In this document: positions 38,601-52,034 of the stretch, piece after piece
Position numbering within the stretch: the stretch's first letter is position 1
Layout: every line of letters starts with the position of its first letter
DNA from: Phoronis australis
Lineage: Eukaryota > Animalia > Phoronida
Direction: 5' to 3'
Length of the DNA stretch: 64,000 nt
Assembly: GCA_002633005.1 (NCBI GenBank)
Contig: NMRA01000712.1
Coordinates: 64,989 to 128,988, forward strand
Position numbers and translations under genes: made by a program
The notes under the pieces: generated by a model
What the model was told of the DNA's origin: nothing
Database searches by the model: none
Seen by the model: only the letters and a program-made list of their open reading frames with translations

Positions 38601-41600
38601 TTAGGAACCAATGTGAGATTGGCTTCTAGAGTAAACACGAATAATTGCATAAACAAACAACAAATACGTGAACATACCAGCCACATGGGTTTTTTAAAAT
38701 ATTACAATGAAAAACATGGGAGGCTTCGCCGTCAAATTGGACCAATAACAAAACTCGACTCACTGTTCCTTTGTAGTGCATAACGCTGGTGTAATCATAG
38801 GGTATGCCAAAACTCTTGATTTCGTCGTGTTTATACTTTTGGAAGTTGTAGAAGTTATCGGGCTTGATTCTCTCCTTATGAATTATCAAATAGTCATCTC
38901 TGTCGTAACGGGATTGCTCGTGATAGAAACCCAGCGTGTGCATCAGCTCGTGTACAACGGTGCCAAGCTAGAAATGAAACAAAGTTGGCGATTATTGCAT
39001 CGAGATTCGTGATATAAAATTCCTCAATAATCATTACGCACGTCGTGTAACACATTTATCGTATACGTACACAACGGACTTTTTATGATGCGCATTTATC
39101 AAAGCTGCTGCTCTTTGTTCTAAGGATGATGCCACACCTATCTGAAGATGGATAGAAAAATGACCGACCGAAACGTCGTGCCAATGTACCTCAACTGAGC
39201 TAGACGCTGGTGTAAATAAGCCAAGACATCTGAGACAGGATGATACTCTCAGGTGTATACATACTGTGACCGACGCGCACAAGTTGGAACCAGACGAGTC
39301 GATACACCACATTGTCGATGTATTATTGTCCGCACAGACAGGAGTTTATTTTTGAACAAATTTAGTTTAGTTTAGTTTTCGATTACTGGACATATCTAAG
39401 AATGCACTTTATCTGCACAAAATTCCAGGTGAAAGTCCCTCAATTTTAACGGACAATAACCGTAGTTAGATTACATCGCATGGGAAATATGGAAAATTAG
39501 GTCTTTCGCAATTGTCCGTTGGACTACGCAGTTGCATGACCGTATCATTACGTTTGTACGGCAAATAAACATTGATTAATACATGGCAAGGCTGCTATTT
39601 CCTTTATTTAGACACCAAGTGGAATTTGAAGGAACTATCACTCAGAGCGCTTCAGAATTAGAGTTTGTGTGAATGAAATATTTTGGTAACAAAACAAGAA
39701 AACTGGATGAACTATTAAAGAAGAATATTAAGACTTGTTGCGTCATTTTCAAAAACGTACGTAGTGGCAGTTGGTTCCAATGGACACCTCTTGTTCGCCG
39801 TCTCCTCTTTTGCCGACGTCGGAATAGCATCTGCAAAGTGAGGGCTCATGCAATACAAATCAAATAATAACATTTGATAGATTGCCCCACTACACCATTT
39901 TGTCAGTACATTATGACTTTTCATACATAGGCTAACATATTTCTTTACGCGTAAAACTTGGAAGGACCCTAAACTCTATTTAGTGACATCACAAGAAAAA
40001 GTTCAGTCAGCTGCCGATGCACTGCAAGTACCGCCCATGTGAAATAAAACCATTACGCATGCGCGCATGTGTAACAAGCGAATCCCATCACTTTCTGGTT
40101 TTCTTCTCGAGATCTTACTTTTACGAACCTCAACCCAGCATAAACGCTTCCTGGTTGTATCACATGCAGGTGATCATGGGGTTTGAAGTGAAGAGTCTCA
40201 AGGGTGGCGTGTTTGTCTGCTTGCGGACTAAGTAGGCTCGCTAGTTACCTACGTGCTTAGCGTGCTGGCTATCGACCACGGACCTAGCGGCACGCAGGGA
40301 ACCAGCGAGACTACTAGCAAGGAGTGTAGTACACTCCTTGCTACTAGGCTGTAGGAGTTTTGGAATGTGCTCCAATTTTCTAAGTTTCTTGAGGGTTCCG
40401 GGACATTTTTATTCTTAGTGAAATATAGCCGTAGTAATATTTGTGAATAGGCTAAAACTGGCTTTTGTGTCCTTTTATAGGCTTTTCAATAATATCGGAT
40501 GTTTAGTGATGATGTATCTGTCACTGTTAGCCTAACAGAAATACACACACACAGTCACGCCACATTTTTCAAAAATAAATTAGATTCGTTTGATTCAGGT
40601 AAGCACGGGGCAATTTACCACGTGAATTTTTCTAAAATTTTGTGTTTGGATTACTCGGTGTGATTCTAACACCCACTTTGGCTGCGCGTTCTGGGGAAGT
40701 TAAAAAGGATAAGATTGACCCGGTCAACAGTCCATGGGCGCCGCACCATAGGGGGCTGTTGGAGGCTATAGTCCCCCACTTTCTTTCAGTGCTACACCAC
40801 CCATGGTATATGGGTGGTGCAACACAGGGGGCTGACGGGCTATAGCCCCCCACTTTTTTCAATGCTGCGCTGCCGTGTAGCCAAGCAATAATTTTCGAAG
40901 TGCTTAGTATTTTACAGCGCTACGTAAATCTAGCCAAAAAGTGTTTTTAATTTTGGCATTTGAATTCTATTTGACCGGGTTCAAAACTTTAAAAGTGCCT
41001 TTATACTGACCAAGTGAAAACTTTGTGTCACCCACATGGTTGATAAATGCACAGAGTACCGGTGCCCTAAGCTACTAGAAACCTGAAGGCTCTGATAATT
41101 TGAGCTGACCTCCTTCCATGACTCACACGATTTCATTTTTTAACCCTCAGCGCGTGCCAAAATTTTTGCACCACTGCTGCCACAGTTCAAGTTTTACAAA
41201 GAGTCTAAAGAATAATCTGAGTATTTGCTTACCCGTTACCTCGGTGAATTTTTACATAGGCGTTATGGCCCACCTTCTTCGCAATCAAAGTGGACTTGGG
41301 GTGGAAACGAACGCAAGACCGATCCTCAATGTGTTTCATAGCCAGGAGTATGGCATTTTCATAGTCTGTTCCTGAAATATAGGATAAATGTATTGAGTGA
41401 TAGATGTGTTGAGTGACAGTTGTATTGAGTTTCTCTAGGTACAGTTTGGTGAGAGTATTCATAAACACGATTGCTCATGAAAGCGAAATCTGAGACGTGG
41501 GGTTAACTTATCTCTACTAAATTATCAGGAATAATTCACCTTGAACAAAATCGCCCAAGGCTAAGTCTTTGCGAATCCAGCTTGTTACGAAAAGGGAGGT

Positions 41601-43149
41601 CCATATCAAACCTAAGGTTTCTTAATATAATTATGTATCGCAAACTATGAATAGAAAACCTATAATGAAAGTTAGTGTCATGATCTGTGCGCCCTGAGGC
41701 CAATAGAAATGAAAGAATATATAAGTTGTCTACTTCCCCGTGGTTTTTGTTTGCCACTTAGCGGGCTAAAGGAGGCCGGGACCCTTGGATCCCTCCCCTG
41801 GATCCGTCTATGCATTAACATGACTACTTTTACGCTGAGCTCATTTCATCAATATAATGAACATATTGATTGTGGGAACAAATAGGGGAGAAATACACCT
41901 CTGTTCTGGCCTCTGCCCCCCCCCACCTTGTCGGAAAGCCAGGCGTTAGTTTGTGTATGTCTTCACTGTCTTCTTTTTATGCAACAAATGGCTTTGGTTC
42001 GTTGAAAAATGCCTTTAAATAAAAAACCTACCAACCTAGTGAACTGTCGAAAATATATGGCACCATTGCCTTTGGCCACCGATAGCGTTCATGAAGAATT
42101 GCTTTCCTCTTTTCCGTTTCCAACCTCTTGTGTACGCCACCATCTACCGTCGATTTTACCGATTCCTCTATAAATTGCAGCTGGTCTCTGGTCAGTTTCA
42201 TGTCAGACTCTAGTGTATCTGGGGACTCTGCTTCCTCAGGAGGTTCTCTGTTCTCTTTTCCTCTCTGTAAAATGTTGTGCAAATAAAAGCAACAAGCTGT
42301 TGCATAGATTATTCATCGATCTCCAACCAAATTGGAAATTAGTCTTTAGTTGACATTGTATCTCACATCAAGAGGGCTTGTGTAATGTTTTTATCATGGT
42401 TTTCCATTAGAACTCACATACCGAGCAAAAGCTGCAAACCAAATACGAAGAGGATAAAAATGAAAACCATACGCGTTATTCAGTCCTTGAGTCTGTGTAT
42501 CCGTGTAGTAAGAGGAATAATCTGGTATTTGATGAACAATACTTCCAACCAAAGACGTTAATTCCCTCTCTGTGGTCTCTCCTCCAACCATTTTCAACAG
42601 ATTTCGACCAACCAAACTTTGCAAAAATTAATGTTTACGAAGTGCCGCACCGAGTGTCGTCAACAATTTATGATTCGACTGCATTTTCCTGAATTTTGTC
42701 CCGTTCTCAATTTCACGCATCGGTGTAGTAGAATGCTATTCTGTGCGGGGTGTATTCTAAAAAAGAGTGCAGGTGATCTGATGTCTTCTTCAGTGCATCA
42801 GACGTGCGCAGGCCTCATGTTCCGACCCATTGTACAAAAGCACTAGATTGGGTCTTCCACCTTTCAAAATTCGACCAAACTTTCAAACAAGTATGCTTTC
42901 GTAGTGCTATAGTGTACACGCATATCGTCAGAATTTTGTCGACCACATTTTCGGAATTTTGACCCGTTCTTGGTTATGTGGGCGATTCCTTAATTTTTAA
43001 ATTTCGGGCAAACTTTCAAACAACTAAGCTTACGAGGTGCCGCATCGCGTATCGTCAGCATTTTGCAATTTGACTGTATTTTCCAAAATTCTAGCGCCTT
43101 TTTAATTACTCGCATCCGTGCAGTGGACGTACCTGTGTGTGTGTGTGTA

Positions 43150-43181
<32 letters not shown>

Positions 43182-44139
43182 TGTGTGTGCGTTCGTGTGT
43201 GCGTGCATGCGGAGACAACCCCAGCAGACCATGTATTGCTGAGGGCAAAGTGAGTTCAATTTAATTTTCATGGTTTTCTAACACTAGTCAATATATGAAA
43301 TACATCAACATTGGAGTTGCCTTTGTTTTTATTTCTGGCTTAAAGCTTCCTGGTTAAATGCAATAGCTGTGAAACGATTCCCTTCGATACGAGTGATCGG
43401 ATATTAGGTGGGAATGAGCTTACAAGTAATCTTTTCACAGTTGATTTGTACGTCCAGAAGGGAACTGAACAGGTTCGCTTGCAATATATTTCCCCACACC
43501 TTGTGTGTATAATCGTAGGCCTACAGAATGCTTGCGCGGTAGCCTATTTTTTGCATTCACGGTTATGGCTTTTATTAGTCGTTTCGTCACCGTTTATCCA
43601 GTCTTTGTTGATAGCTGCAGCCAAGCCATACTGGTGAACTAGTAATACCATACTGAAACTCAAGTTGGCATTGCGAGGTTATATCTAATTAAAAAATTCG
43701 AATATTTTATTATTTTATCTTTCTTTTATCCAATTGGCCTGACAGTAGATTTAAATCAGATTTGTCCTTTAACTGGTACGTATGTAACAAGTTCTAACTT
43801 ACCTTGTGAGAGCTCACTTTAAAGCCTCGTTCTTCTACCAACTTCTTGAGAGCGTCTTCCACTTCCTCGTGGTATTTTACAGTGTCCTGCAAAAAGTTGT
43901 CAAAACAGATTTAGCCAACATGATAACTATATCCAAACAAAAATAATTCGTATAATGAATGAATAGAAAAGATTATTATCACAAAACAATGGCTCGAAAT
44001 GGGTAACGAAAAAAACAAATCGGCCTTTTTTCCTGGATGAGGGATTCTATTTCGCCTTTGAAATTCTTACCTTCGTCGGTGCTGAAGACACCAATCCAAT
44101 AACCGCTAGGGAGAGAACGAAGGATATTGTCACCTTCAT
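32680..44139 (-). CDS. Secreted astacin (M12A) metalloprotease: signal peptide-prodomain-astacin-EGF-CUB-TSP1, ~520 aa
   Basis: 12 phase-compatible exons (1563 nt): 44139-44071, 43886-43803, 42264-42036, 41371-41233, 39830-39761, 38967-38764, 38104-37975, 37516-37397, 36678-36581, 35765-35647, 34976-34846, 32849-32680. Signal MKVTISFVLSLAVIGLVSSA; Asp-switch LESDM; KRKA processing site; HELMHTLGFYHEQSRYDRDDY; Met-turn SVMHY; CENNGF..CVCPDGLAGVKC; CUB CG...PSYP..Y.N..DCNWLI; WSDWNPW..CSKSCG. Confidence 0.93.
33022..33180. mobile_element. MITE, CAGTGGCGGAT family, 5-bp TSD
   Basis: CAGTGGCGGATTTAG...CTAGATCCGCCCCTG flanked by GTTTG/GTTTG. Confidence 0.85.
34040..34087 (-). ncRNA. Minimal type I hammerhead ribozyme motif (Penelope-type)
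   Basis: GACUU-CUGAGGA-U-GGUGU[loop]ACACC-GAAAC-AU-GUC-AAGUU: helix I GACUU/AAGUU, helix II GGUGU/ACACC, palindromic ACAUGU helix III, GUC cleavage triplet. Confidence 0.7.
34300..34347 (+). ncRNA. Minimal type I hammerhead ribozyme motif (Penelope-type), second copy
   Basis: CTGAGGA 34305-34311, helix II GGTG/CACC, GAAAC 34333-34337, GTC 34340-34342. Confidence 0.65.
39136..39182 (+). ncRNA. Degenerate Penelope-type hammerhead-like motif
   Basis: CTGAAGATGG...CCGAAACGTCG core with palindromic ACGT, but weak helices I and II. Confidence 0.35.
43134..43208. repeat. Compound (GT)n/(GCGT)n microsatellite
   Basis: Directly visible. Confidence 0.95.
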
Positions 44140-44266
44140 TGTCGCGTGTGTACAAAATTGGATGACAAGTAAAAATTGAACAGTGTCGGAGAATTGCGCT
44201 ATTGTTACCCGGCTCAAAGTTTGTCCAGAAGTTATCGTGATTATACAGACGTTTCGAAACGGCGGC

Positions 44267-44273
44267 TTTTATA
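44267..44273 (-). promoter_or_regulatory. TATA box of the astacin gene
   Basis: GCCTATAAAAGCC on the minus strand in GC-rich flanks, ~130 bp upstream of the ATG at 44139. Confidence 0.6.
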
Positions 44274-47200
44274 GGCGCTTCGGCTCAATACGAAACGCCC
44301 TTAGCGTAAATAGATAGCTAGATTTATTTGGCACGACTATTAATGGACGCGTGGGACGAGTTATACGCGTTGGTGGCTTAGTTGACCGGTCGGGAGACAC
44401 GTGCCGGTACTTCTAAACGAACCAATAAGAATTTAGTTACAATAGTCAACTGGGGCATGGACCTAAGTGGTTGAAGCATAGATACTCGTTCTATGGTCTT
44501 ATGGTTGAAGGAACCAATCACGGTGGTAATTGAAAACCACCGCCATAACCTGTCTTTTAGCGACGTTTTTAGTGTACAGGCGTTTACCTTGTTTTCTTTC
44601 AATACTAATATTAATGTTGATAATAATAATTTTCTAAGAGGCACAGTGATTGCAAAAACATTTAGCACTCCACACGTTACACTGCTCACGTAATTAGCCT
44701 TGATGAGGTATTCGTTGCCGAAAAGATTGTTAACTTTTTTTGGTGATTTTTAATGAAAAATGTATTTTACTTCAAAACCCGTAACATCCCATCTAAAGTT
44801 TTTCACGACGTCACGTTGGTCACATCTGAAGGAAATACCTATCTATTTCTCTTTGCATTTCTGTGCGTTAAAAATAAAATTACAATTTCATCAAACATAC
44901 ATCCTTATGAGCAATTATCTAACGATTAAGAAGTGTTAGATTTGATGTCTAAAGTATTTTTGGTTGTCATCATACTTTATCATTCCTGTGTTGTCTGCCA
45001 GTCAGTGCGTATACTGGGTATANGTGTATGTAGATGATATAACCGAGTCTTAAGTTGGTCGGTTTGTACTATTTTGGAGGCTGTTAGTTGTTTACAAACA
45101 TTTGGATTACTAGTCTTATTATATCTAGCATACCAGTATTTAGAAAACAGTGACTAGCAACAGGAAAGACGTAGTTGAGGTATAATTTGTCTTGGTCGGA
45201 ATTAACATTAAACGCTGTACTTCGCTAATAAAAAACGAAAATCTACTAAAGTCTTTTACCTTCATAGCTTCCCCATCTGTGTTTAAATTTCCTAAATATA
45301 ATTTTCTTTTAAGTGACGTCTTATCCTCAGTCAATTCACTTTCGTTTCGAAATAAAACACTTCTGTAGATCATGAAAAATGCCACCTGTTTCTCCCGGAA
45401 GCCAGTAAGCTCGCCCGCATCGTGTCAATGAGGTGCATTTTGTGGCGACCGGGGTTGGGGATGGGCTCCGGTAGATATGGAAACGCGTTGTAGCAAGCGG
45501 AAATGTCCAGGTGACCAGAGGTCGAAAATTGTGACTCTATAGGGTGAATTGTGACGACAGGGATCCCCGGACACGTTTAATCAAGCTTAGGAGCCCCAAG
45601 TAAGCTCAACCTGGCGCTACAAACAAAGCGTTCAAGGCAATGATGTGATCTGCGCTGCCGAAACCTCTCCAGACGACCGCTTGTTACAGATTTTTGAATG
45701 ATTAGTTACAAACTGATTTTTAATCATCGCGACTGATTAAGAATATCCATATATTTTGTTGCCACCGGCAAAAGTGCTAAACAACCATAGTTGTCAGGTA
45801 ACCAAGATGGGAAATTGGATTTTGCACTCGTGTGCAGAACACAATATTGGGCTTATGGTTGTGTAGTATACATTTAGTGAACGAAGGGACGAATATTCGA
45901 CGTATCAAAAACGTCAGATGAATTACATGCTTAGGTAAACGTAAACATGTTGTTGCCTTCCGGGGCACCTGTGAGAGTTTAGTGCAAGGCATTGACATAA
46001 AGTTACACGTTTTCGTGTTCAGTTGACTAATTGACACGAGCTCTAATATTTGTGCTGCAAACCAATAGTTATATTTTGATATTTACAATGGTTATTAAAA
46101 TTAACATGCACAAAGAAATTGCACACGTGAGCAGCGTCAAAGCAAACATGTGTCCGAGTAACAGAAACATTCTAGGGGTTTAAGCATAAAACGACATATG
46201 CGAGACATTTGGATAGATTATTTAAATGTTTAAAGCTTCACTGGGCGTTGTGATGTTGCCTAGCGGCAAATATCACCAACCGGCCTGTAGGTTTTGTATT
46301 TGAATGGGAAATGATTTTTATGATCGACATATGTCCCGAATAATATAGAAATGACGTGCGTCGCAAGCTCGTTACCAGAGATGAAAATAATTTACAGCAA
46401 CTAGACCTTTCGTCAATACACTTTTCACCAAACCTGGTTAAAGAGGCACACAACAAGAGGTATTACGGGCCGATCACTTTTCGGAGATCATTTGTGAAAA
46501 GTTCATAGCCCTATCTATAAAAGTGAAATGTGCTTTTGATAACTTGCTATCCGCAAAAAATGAAAACTTGAGCCGTCGATCATCGCCTTACTAGAGGATT
46601 TTCGGCATTTTTGGTCTGAATTTTACTTGGAAACCATGCAAAATAGCTAGAGTCTCACCCCTTTTTACGATGATACGGAATTGATGATTGGGCGGAATTT
46701 TGCTTTTGTTCTAGACAGTGCGGTTTTGTTCTGGACTATGCGGTTAATGTTAAGAAGTAAAACATTCGAAACACCGTGGAAAACTATTAGAATCTAAACG
46801 GTTGATGTTACTTACCTGAACTGGATCACCGATGGAAACATTTTATGATGCAATTGTTCTTTGTCAAGTCATTTGATCAATGACTATATATGAATTTATT
46901 ATTTTTAGTATAAACCTATGACATTGAATTTTCAGCAAATATCTAATTATTTATTTCAACACGTCTGTTCTACAAGAGCGGGAGCCTGGTGCCGAGCATT
47001 CGAGATTTCGCAAAAATCGTTAACGTTTTATATTTGAATTCTGTTGACAAATGAAAACCAGGGTTGTCAAACTATTTGAAAATGAAATCGGAGCAAATCA
47101 AATTAGCGGTGTCGTATAATTCCGTTTTAGCAATCAATGACCAACATCGGTCTTTGGGTTTTGTGATTTATCGTGTGAATATGAAAACAAAACAAAGGAT

Positions 47201-48488
47201 TGCACTCAAAACATGCATAACAACTTTTTTCAAAGATGTCGTTGCTGGGAGCTTTACAAGATCGCATCTTTGTTTAAAAGTCTTCGTTCGCGATTTATTA
47301 TAAATCGCCAAACCTTGCATCTGACACTGCTATATTCTAATTATTATCTGTCACCGCGTTTCACGTAACTTGAAATTACCACATGAGCCGCCTCAAGCCT
47401 AGAAACGAGGATAAATATAGGAATTTATGAATGTCACGGAATAGATTCAGATGCTAATTTAAGACGGACGAGTTAGATAGTTTCTTTGTTTGAAGCGGAC
47501 AGCTCCCTTCACGACCGATTGTGTAGTTAGGATTGAATTAAGTGTTCACCCCTTAGGAAGTCTTTTATGACATCATTCCGATAAGAAATAAAAAGGAATG
47601 TTTTACTAGACATTCAGAGGAGACAAGCATTGTTTGAAATCCGAATCGTCTTTAACACTAAATCAAAATCTTCGAGTGGTACCGTCTCTATTTTTGCTTG
47701 GTGACGAACAAACAGTACTTAGGTCCACTCCTCCGGATGTTCGTTGGTTGACTTTTAGGTAACCCATAATCCGAAAACAGCAAATCCCGTACGTATATAA
47801 TGTGGTGTTGCCAAAACCGGGGGCGCAATAATGTCTAGCCAGTCGTCCCCAGATACGGTCGGGAAGGTTTGTTGGGACACCCAATATTATAATATACAAC
47901 CTTTATGGCGACAGATAGACTTCACTGCTTCTCGTTCACTGGTGACAGTATGAATATAATTGTATTAAAGTGGTGTGGTGTGGTATGAACCATCAGTCAC
48001 CATCTTGTTTCTGAATTCACACATACAAAGCCTTAAATGAAGAAAATGTTGTTACGGAAACGCACATAAATTCCAAAATAAAAAATGAGACATCCCCCGT
48101 GTACAAACCGACGCAGGCGGTATACCGGCCGTTTTCATTAATTGAAATAACTAGAGTGCCAACTAAGATTCCGATGAGGGCAGCACATGTACATCTTACA
48201 GTAGTTACCGTTACCGCACCTGTGGAACTTCAGACTAAGGATATCACAACTGACTGGTTCTCTATCTGTAGCACTCAAAGGCTGTTATCATATCTAGGTT
48301 TGTTTGCTGTTTCATGAGTGTCACGTGGTCTTGCAACAGCACGGTATACAGAAATTCTACATTCTCTGCGTTAAATACATAAGCACACGGTAGACTGAAT
48401 TCAACTTGAGCCGGCAAGTACATTGCAGAAAAAAATTTGTTCAGATGGTCTTATTTATCCTTCAAAACGTCAATACCAGAGATACCCT

Positions 48489-48704
48489 CAGTGACAGATC
48501 TACGTTTTCAGTAACGGGGGGGAGGGGGGTAGGTTTAGGATTCGAGCGAATCCCCGAGGCGCGTAGCGCCGAGACGAAGAAAGGAAGGTCGGGAGGGGTT
48601 CCCCCCTCTCCCGTGTAAGGTGTTTTGTGGTTTTTAGTAGCTGATTTCGTTTTCTGGCGAATTTTTTTTTCAATCTTTATTTTTGATCCTGTAGATCCGC
48701 CCTG
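48489..48704. mobile_element. MITE, diverged CAG..GAT family copy
   Basis: CAGTGACAGATCTAC...GTAGATCCGCCCTG with imperfect TSD ACCCT/ACTCT. Confidence 0.6.
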
Positions 48705-48897
48705 ACTCTCGTTCCGCCGTTGAAGAAGTTCATTTAGGCCACTGGGTCATCCACAAAAATCGGTTCTACTTTTTTCCAGGTGAAAAGTGATTTTGGCCTT
48801 GCAAGGCACTGGCAATTCGGTTCATTCTTCGAAACCATTCTAGGTTATCAGTCAACTAAAATCCAGTCGGACATTAGAGCCAGTCTCAATCACTAAC

Positions 48898-49059
48898 CAG
48901 CAGAGGGACGGATCCAGGATTTTGATTCAGAAGGGGAGGGGCAGCGCAGAGTATTAGCCAGAATTTTGTCCGTCAGACTTTCGCAACAACGAAGGGCCAA
49001 ATGGAATATGGGAGAATTTTAGGAGGAGGGACATGGCCCCCTCCTTAAATCCGCCACTG
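48898..49059. mobile_element. MITE, CAG..GGATCC family, 5-bp TSD
   Basis: Flanked by CTAAC/CTAAC; ends AAATCCGCCACTG. Confidence 0.7.
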
Positions 49060-51509
49060 CTAACGACTAGTAAGTTCTTTCCAAGTCCAGAAAGCACGCC
49101 TCTTTTGTGTAAGGAACAATTATTTGATACCAAACGCTGGCATGGGACATAGCGCTTTGGCAGAGAGTGACGAAACGCAGGTTTTGAGTCTATACAGCAC
49201 AAAGAAAATTAAATTGTGCACGTTTTCCCACTTGGAGGTGTAAGACACTTACTCATTGGTTCTACAACTGATATCATACAATAACGGACCCACATTTTGA
49301 CGAATGAAATAGGATGGTGACATTTTTTTTCAAGTGTTCTGAAAATATTTCAAATTGACATAAAGACAGTGACATTTTATTCAAACTAAATCAAATAATA
49401 TTATCATCAAATCATAATATAATTATTACTAACATAACACCGCAATTTAAACAAACTATTCAGGACAATCTTAGAGAAAGAATGTTCGTTTGCGATCGCC
49501 TTGCAGAATTCCGGCGGGGCAGAATCGTCGTTTTAAATAACCAGTCATCTGGAACATAAGAATACCCACCCTTTTAGAGTGGACTTGATAAGAGGGGCCT
49601 ATTTCTAGGGAGCCTCCATAAACAATTTCCCTTTCGTTTTGTTATTCAATGAACAGACCACACTTTTGTAGAGGATTATTCCATAGTCCACCTTTTTGTA
49701 GGAATTCTCGGAAAACTGTTGTTTTAAGCTTGAAACAGAGCAAGATGAGTCGCAAAAAAGTAAAAATGGATGAGACAAAAGTAGACGAGGCAAAAATGGT
49801 TGTTTTGAATACTGTTTAAAAACATTTATTAACAAAAAAAATTGGTATTACAAATATGTTGAAGGAGTCATAACCATTCATACCCACATACATACACACA
49901 TGCCCACAGTGGGGGCCATTTACAACATAACCGGTAAAGGAAATCAAAATAAAAGTAACATAGGGCCCATCTGTTACTAAAATTTTCAGATTTTGTATTT
50001 GTGTGAAGTAAATCTTTCTCAATTTAACAACATCCTAAATTACTGTTGTATTTTTATGGGGTTGATTATAGATATGAATCATTTGCTAGGTGAACAAATG
50101 CAGATATGTGCTTGATTTCAAGCCAGAGCGGGAGACAGTGATTTTAGAACTTAAGAGGGGTTTTGCTACTTGAGCTTAATGTCAGTCCAGAGGAGATGGC
50201 GAGTGTAGAACTTGTACAGTTGTGCTTAACATTAAGCAGGGCAGAACATACAGAAGGGCTCTCTGTGCTTGGCATTAAGCCAGAAAAAAACAAAGCTGTT
50301 ACCGGTAACTTGTATTCATTTGCTTGCATTAAGTCAGATTTTACTGATATTGTAACAATATACCTTGCTACACGAAGTTATTGCATTATTTATCAAAATG
50401 GGCCCATAAAATCGTGATTTTGGACCAACAGAGAAAAGTTTAAATTTTTAGGAGAACCGGTTTTGGGATGCTGGGAAGATTAAAATCATAGAAAAACTTG
50501 TTTGTGATCCTTTATTTATATTACAAATTATCATTTTCTGTGTTGATTAATATCCTGGCATCACATATATTTACTATCCAAGTAACATCAGAAACTGACC
50601 CAAGAAGCCAGGTGAAGGGTCCTCATGTTGCTCCTGCCTACAACTTCCATTGAGGAAACATAAGTCCCTATTGAACACAGTCTGGGCAGGCAATTCATAT
50701 AATTATACTCAATGGAAGTGAATGCAAAACGAAAATACAGACCATGGATAGTACATACTCAGCAACAGAACAGTAATTAACACAATTAACACAAATGAAA
50801 TGCCTCTCACACAAGATGGCCAGTAATCTGCATTTAAAAGTGACATCAAAAGTAGTTGCTTTCCTTTAACACCTTGGTTTAAAATTGACTGACACTGGTG
50901 GGCGTTTTTCGAAAGTTGAGTACATTGGGGTTAAAATGACGGGGCTGCTGACTCAGTATCACGCCCACTTTTTAGTTGAAAGTATCAACCTTTTACAAAT
51001 GTTCAGTCTTTAAAGTCGAAATAATTATGAGCCCTCTGCATGTGTCAAAACCAACTTTTGATTTAGCTCACTTCTTGCAGTAATGAAATCTGTCCCATCA
51101 GGTTCCTTACTCATATTAAGAATGATTTTCAAACTTAAATACCCAACTGATCATAACTGTGCGAAACAAGACCAATAAAAGTTCCTTATCCTGTTCCAGT
51201 CACCAAGGCAAAATGGCCATCAGGGAAATTTCAGGCAACTCATTGTAACGAATTTCAATTCAAACAAAGGGTGAGAAAGCGATGTTGCTTTGGAAAAACA
51301 AATATGCTTGGGAAGAAAGTTGATGGTTTTGACATGAGCACAAGGTATGTAACAGATTTAAACTCAATCAGTGATAGATGCCAAGTTATTAATTATATTC
51401 CTTTAGAACACAAATCTATTTTCCTTTCAATAGAGAACATCACCATTATTGCCATACGAATTTTGATTAACCATAAGTCCAAAGGCCTTCATTTTGTTAA
51501 AGATACAAT

Positions 51510-52034
51510 TTAAGAGACAAGTATATCAAACAATATCTTCAAAACACTAACAAAGACCGTCCAAAGTAATGATTCCTCACCCTCCTCATTGGGTTTATTG
51601 GTATTCACAACAGGTGGCGGTGAGATAAACGAATTCGCAATGGACTCGTAAGTATTGCTGCTAGCATCAGTCACAACCGTAATAGTATATTTGCTTTCTT
51701 CAGCTGATGGATGACCATAAACCCCGATATAAACAGGTCGTTGAAAGTCCATTGGGATCTCAATGGCATCCTCACCGCAAGTTTCAGACTTCAGTTCATA
51801 GTCTTCAAATGTTGGATATGAGGACTTGTCGGATACGTACAAGTCAGCGTCGCCAACTGTGGTTTGTAGAATTATTGTGTACTTCTGGTCTTTACTCGTG
51901 CGAGCCAGTGTATAGTAAGTGTAGTTGCTGCCACCTATTGTTCCATATGTGCTCATCAGAACGGTGTGAGCAAATGACTGAAGGCATTGTTGAACAAGCA
52001 ACAGAAGAAACAGTGCAGCGTCTTCACACTTCAT
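51510..52034 (-). CDS. C6orf120: UPF0669 protein C6orf120 homolog, 174 aa, single coding exon
   Basis: Signal peptide, GxxNYTYY, GDADLYVS, PTFEDYELKSETCGED, RPVYIGVYGHPS, C-terminal ESLLWTVFVSVLKILFDIL. Acceptor at 52075-52076. Confidence 0.92.
   Translation of the reverse strand: MKCEDAALFLLLLVQQCLQSFAHTVLMSTYGTIGGSNYTYYTLARTSKDQKYTIILQTTVGDADLYVSDKSSYPTFEDYELKSETCGEDAIEIPMDFQRPVYIGVYGHPSAEESKYTITVVTDASSNTYESIANSFISPPPVVNTNKPNEEGEESLLWTVFVSVLKILFDILVS

Noticed and set aside
47520-48023. Solo LTR (TG..CA, TATATAA, ATTAAA)
   Set aside because: No TSD, primer-binding site or second copy could be identified.
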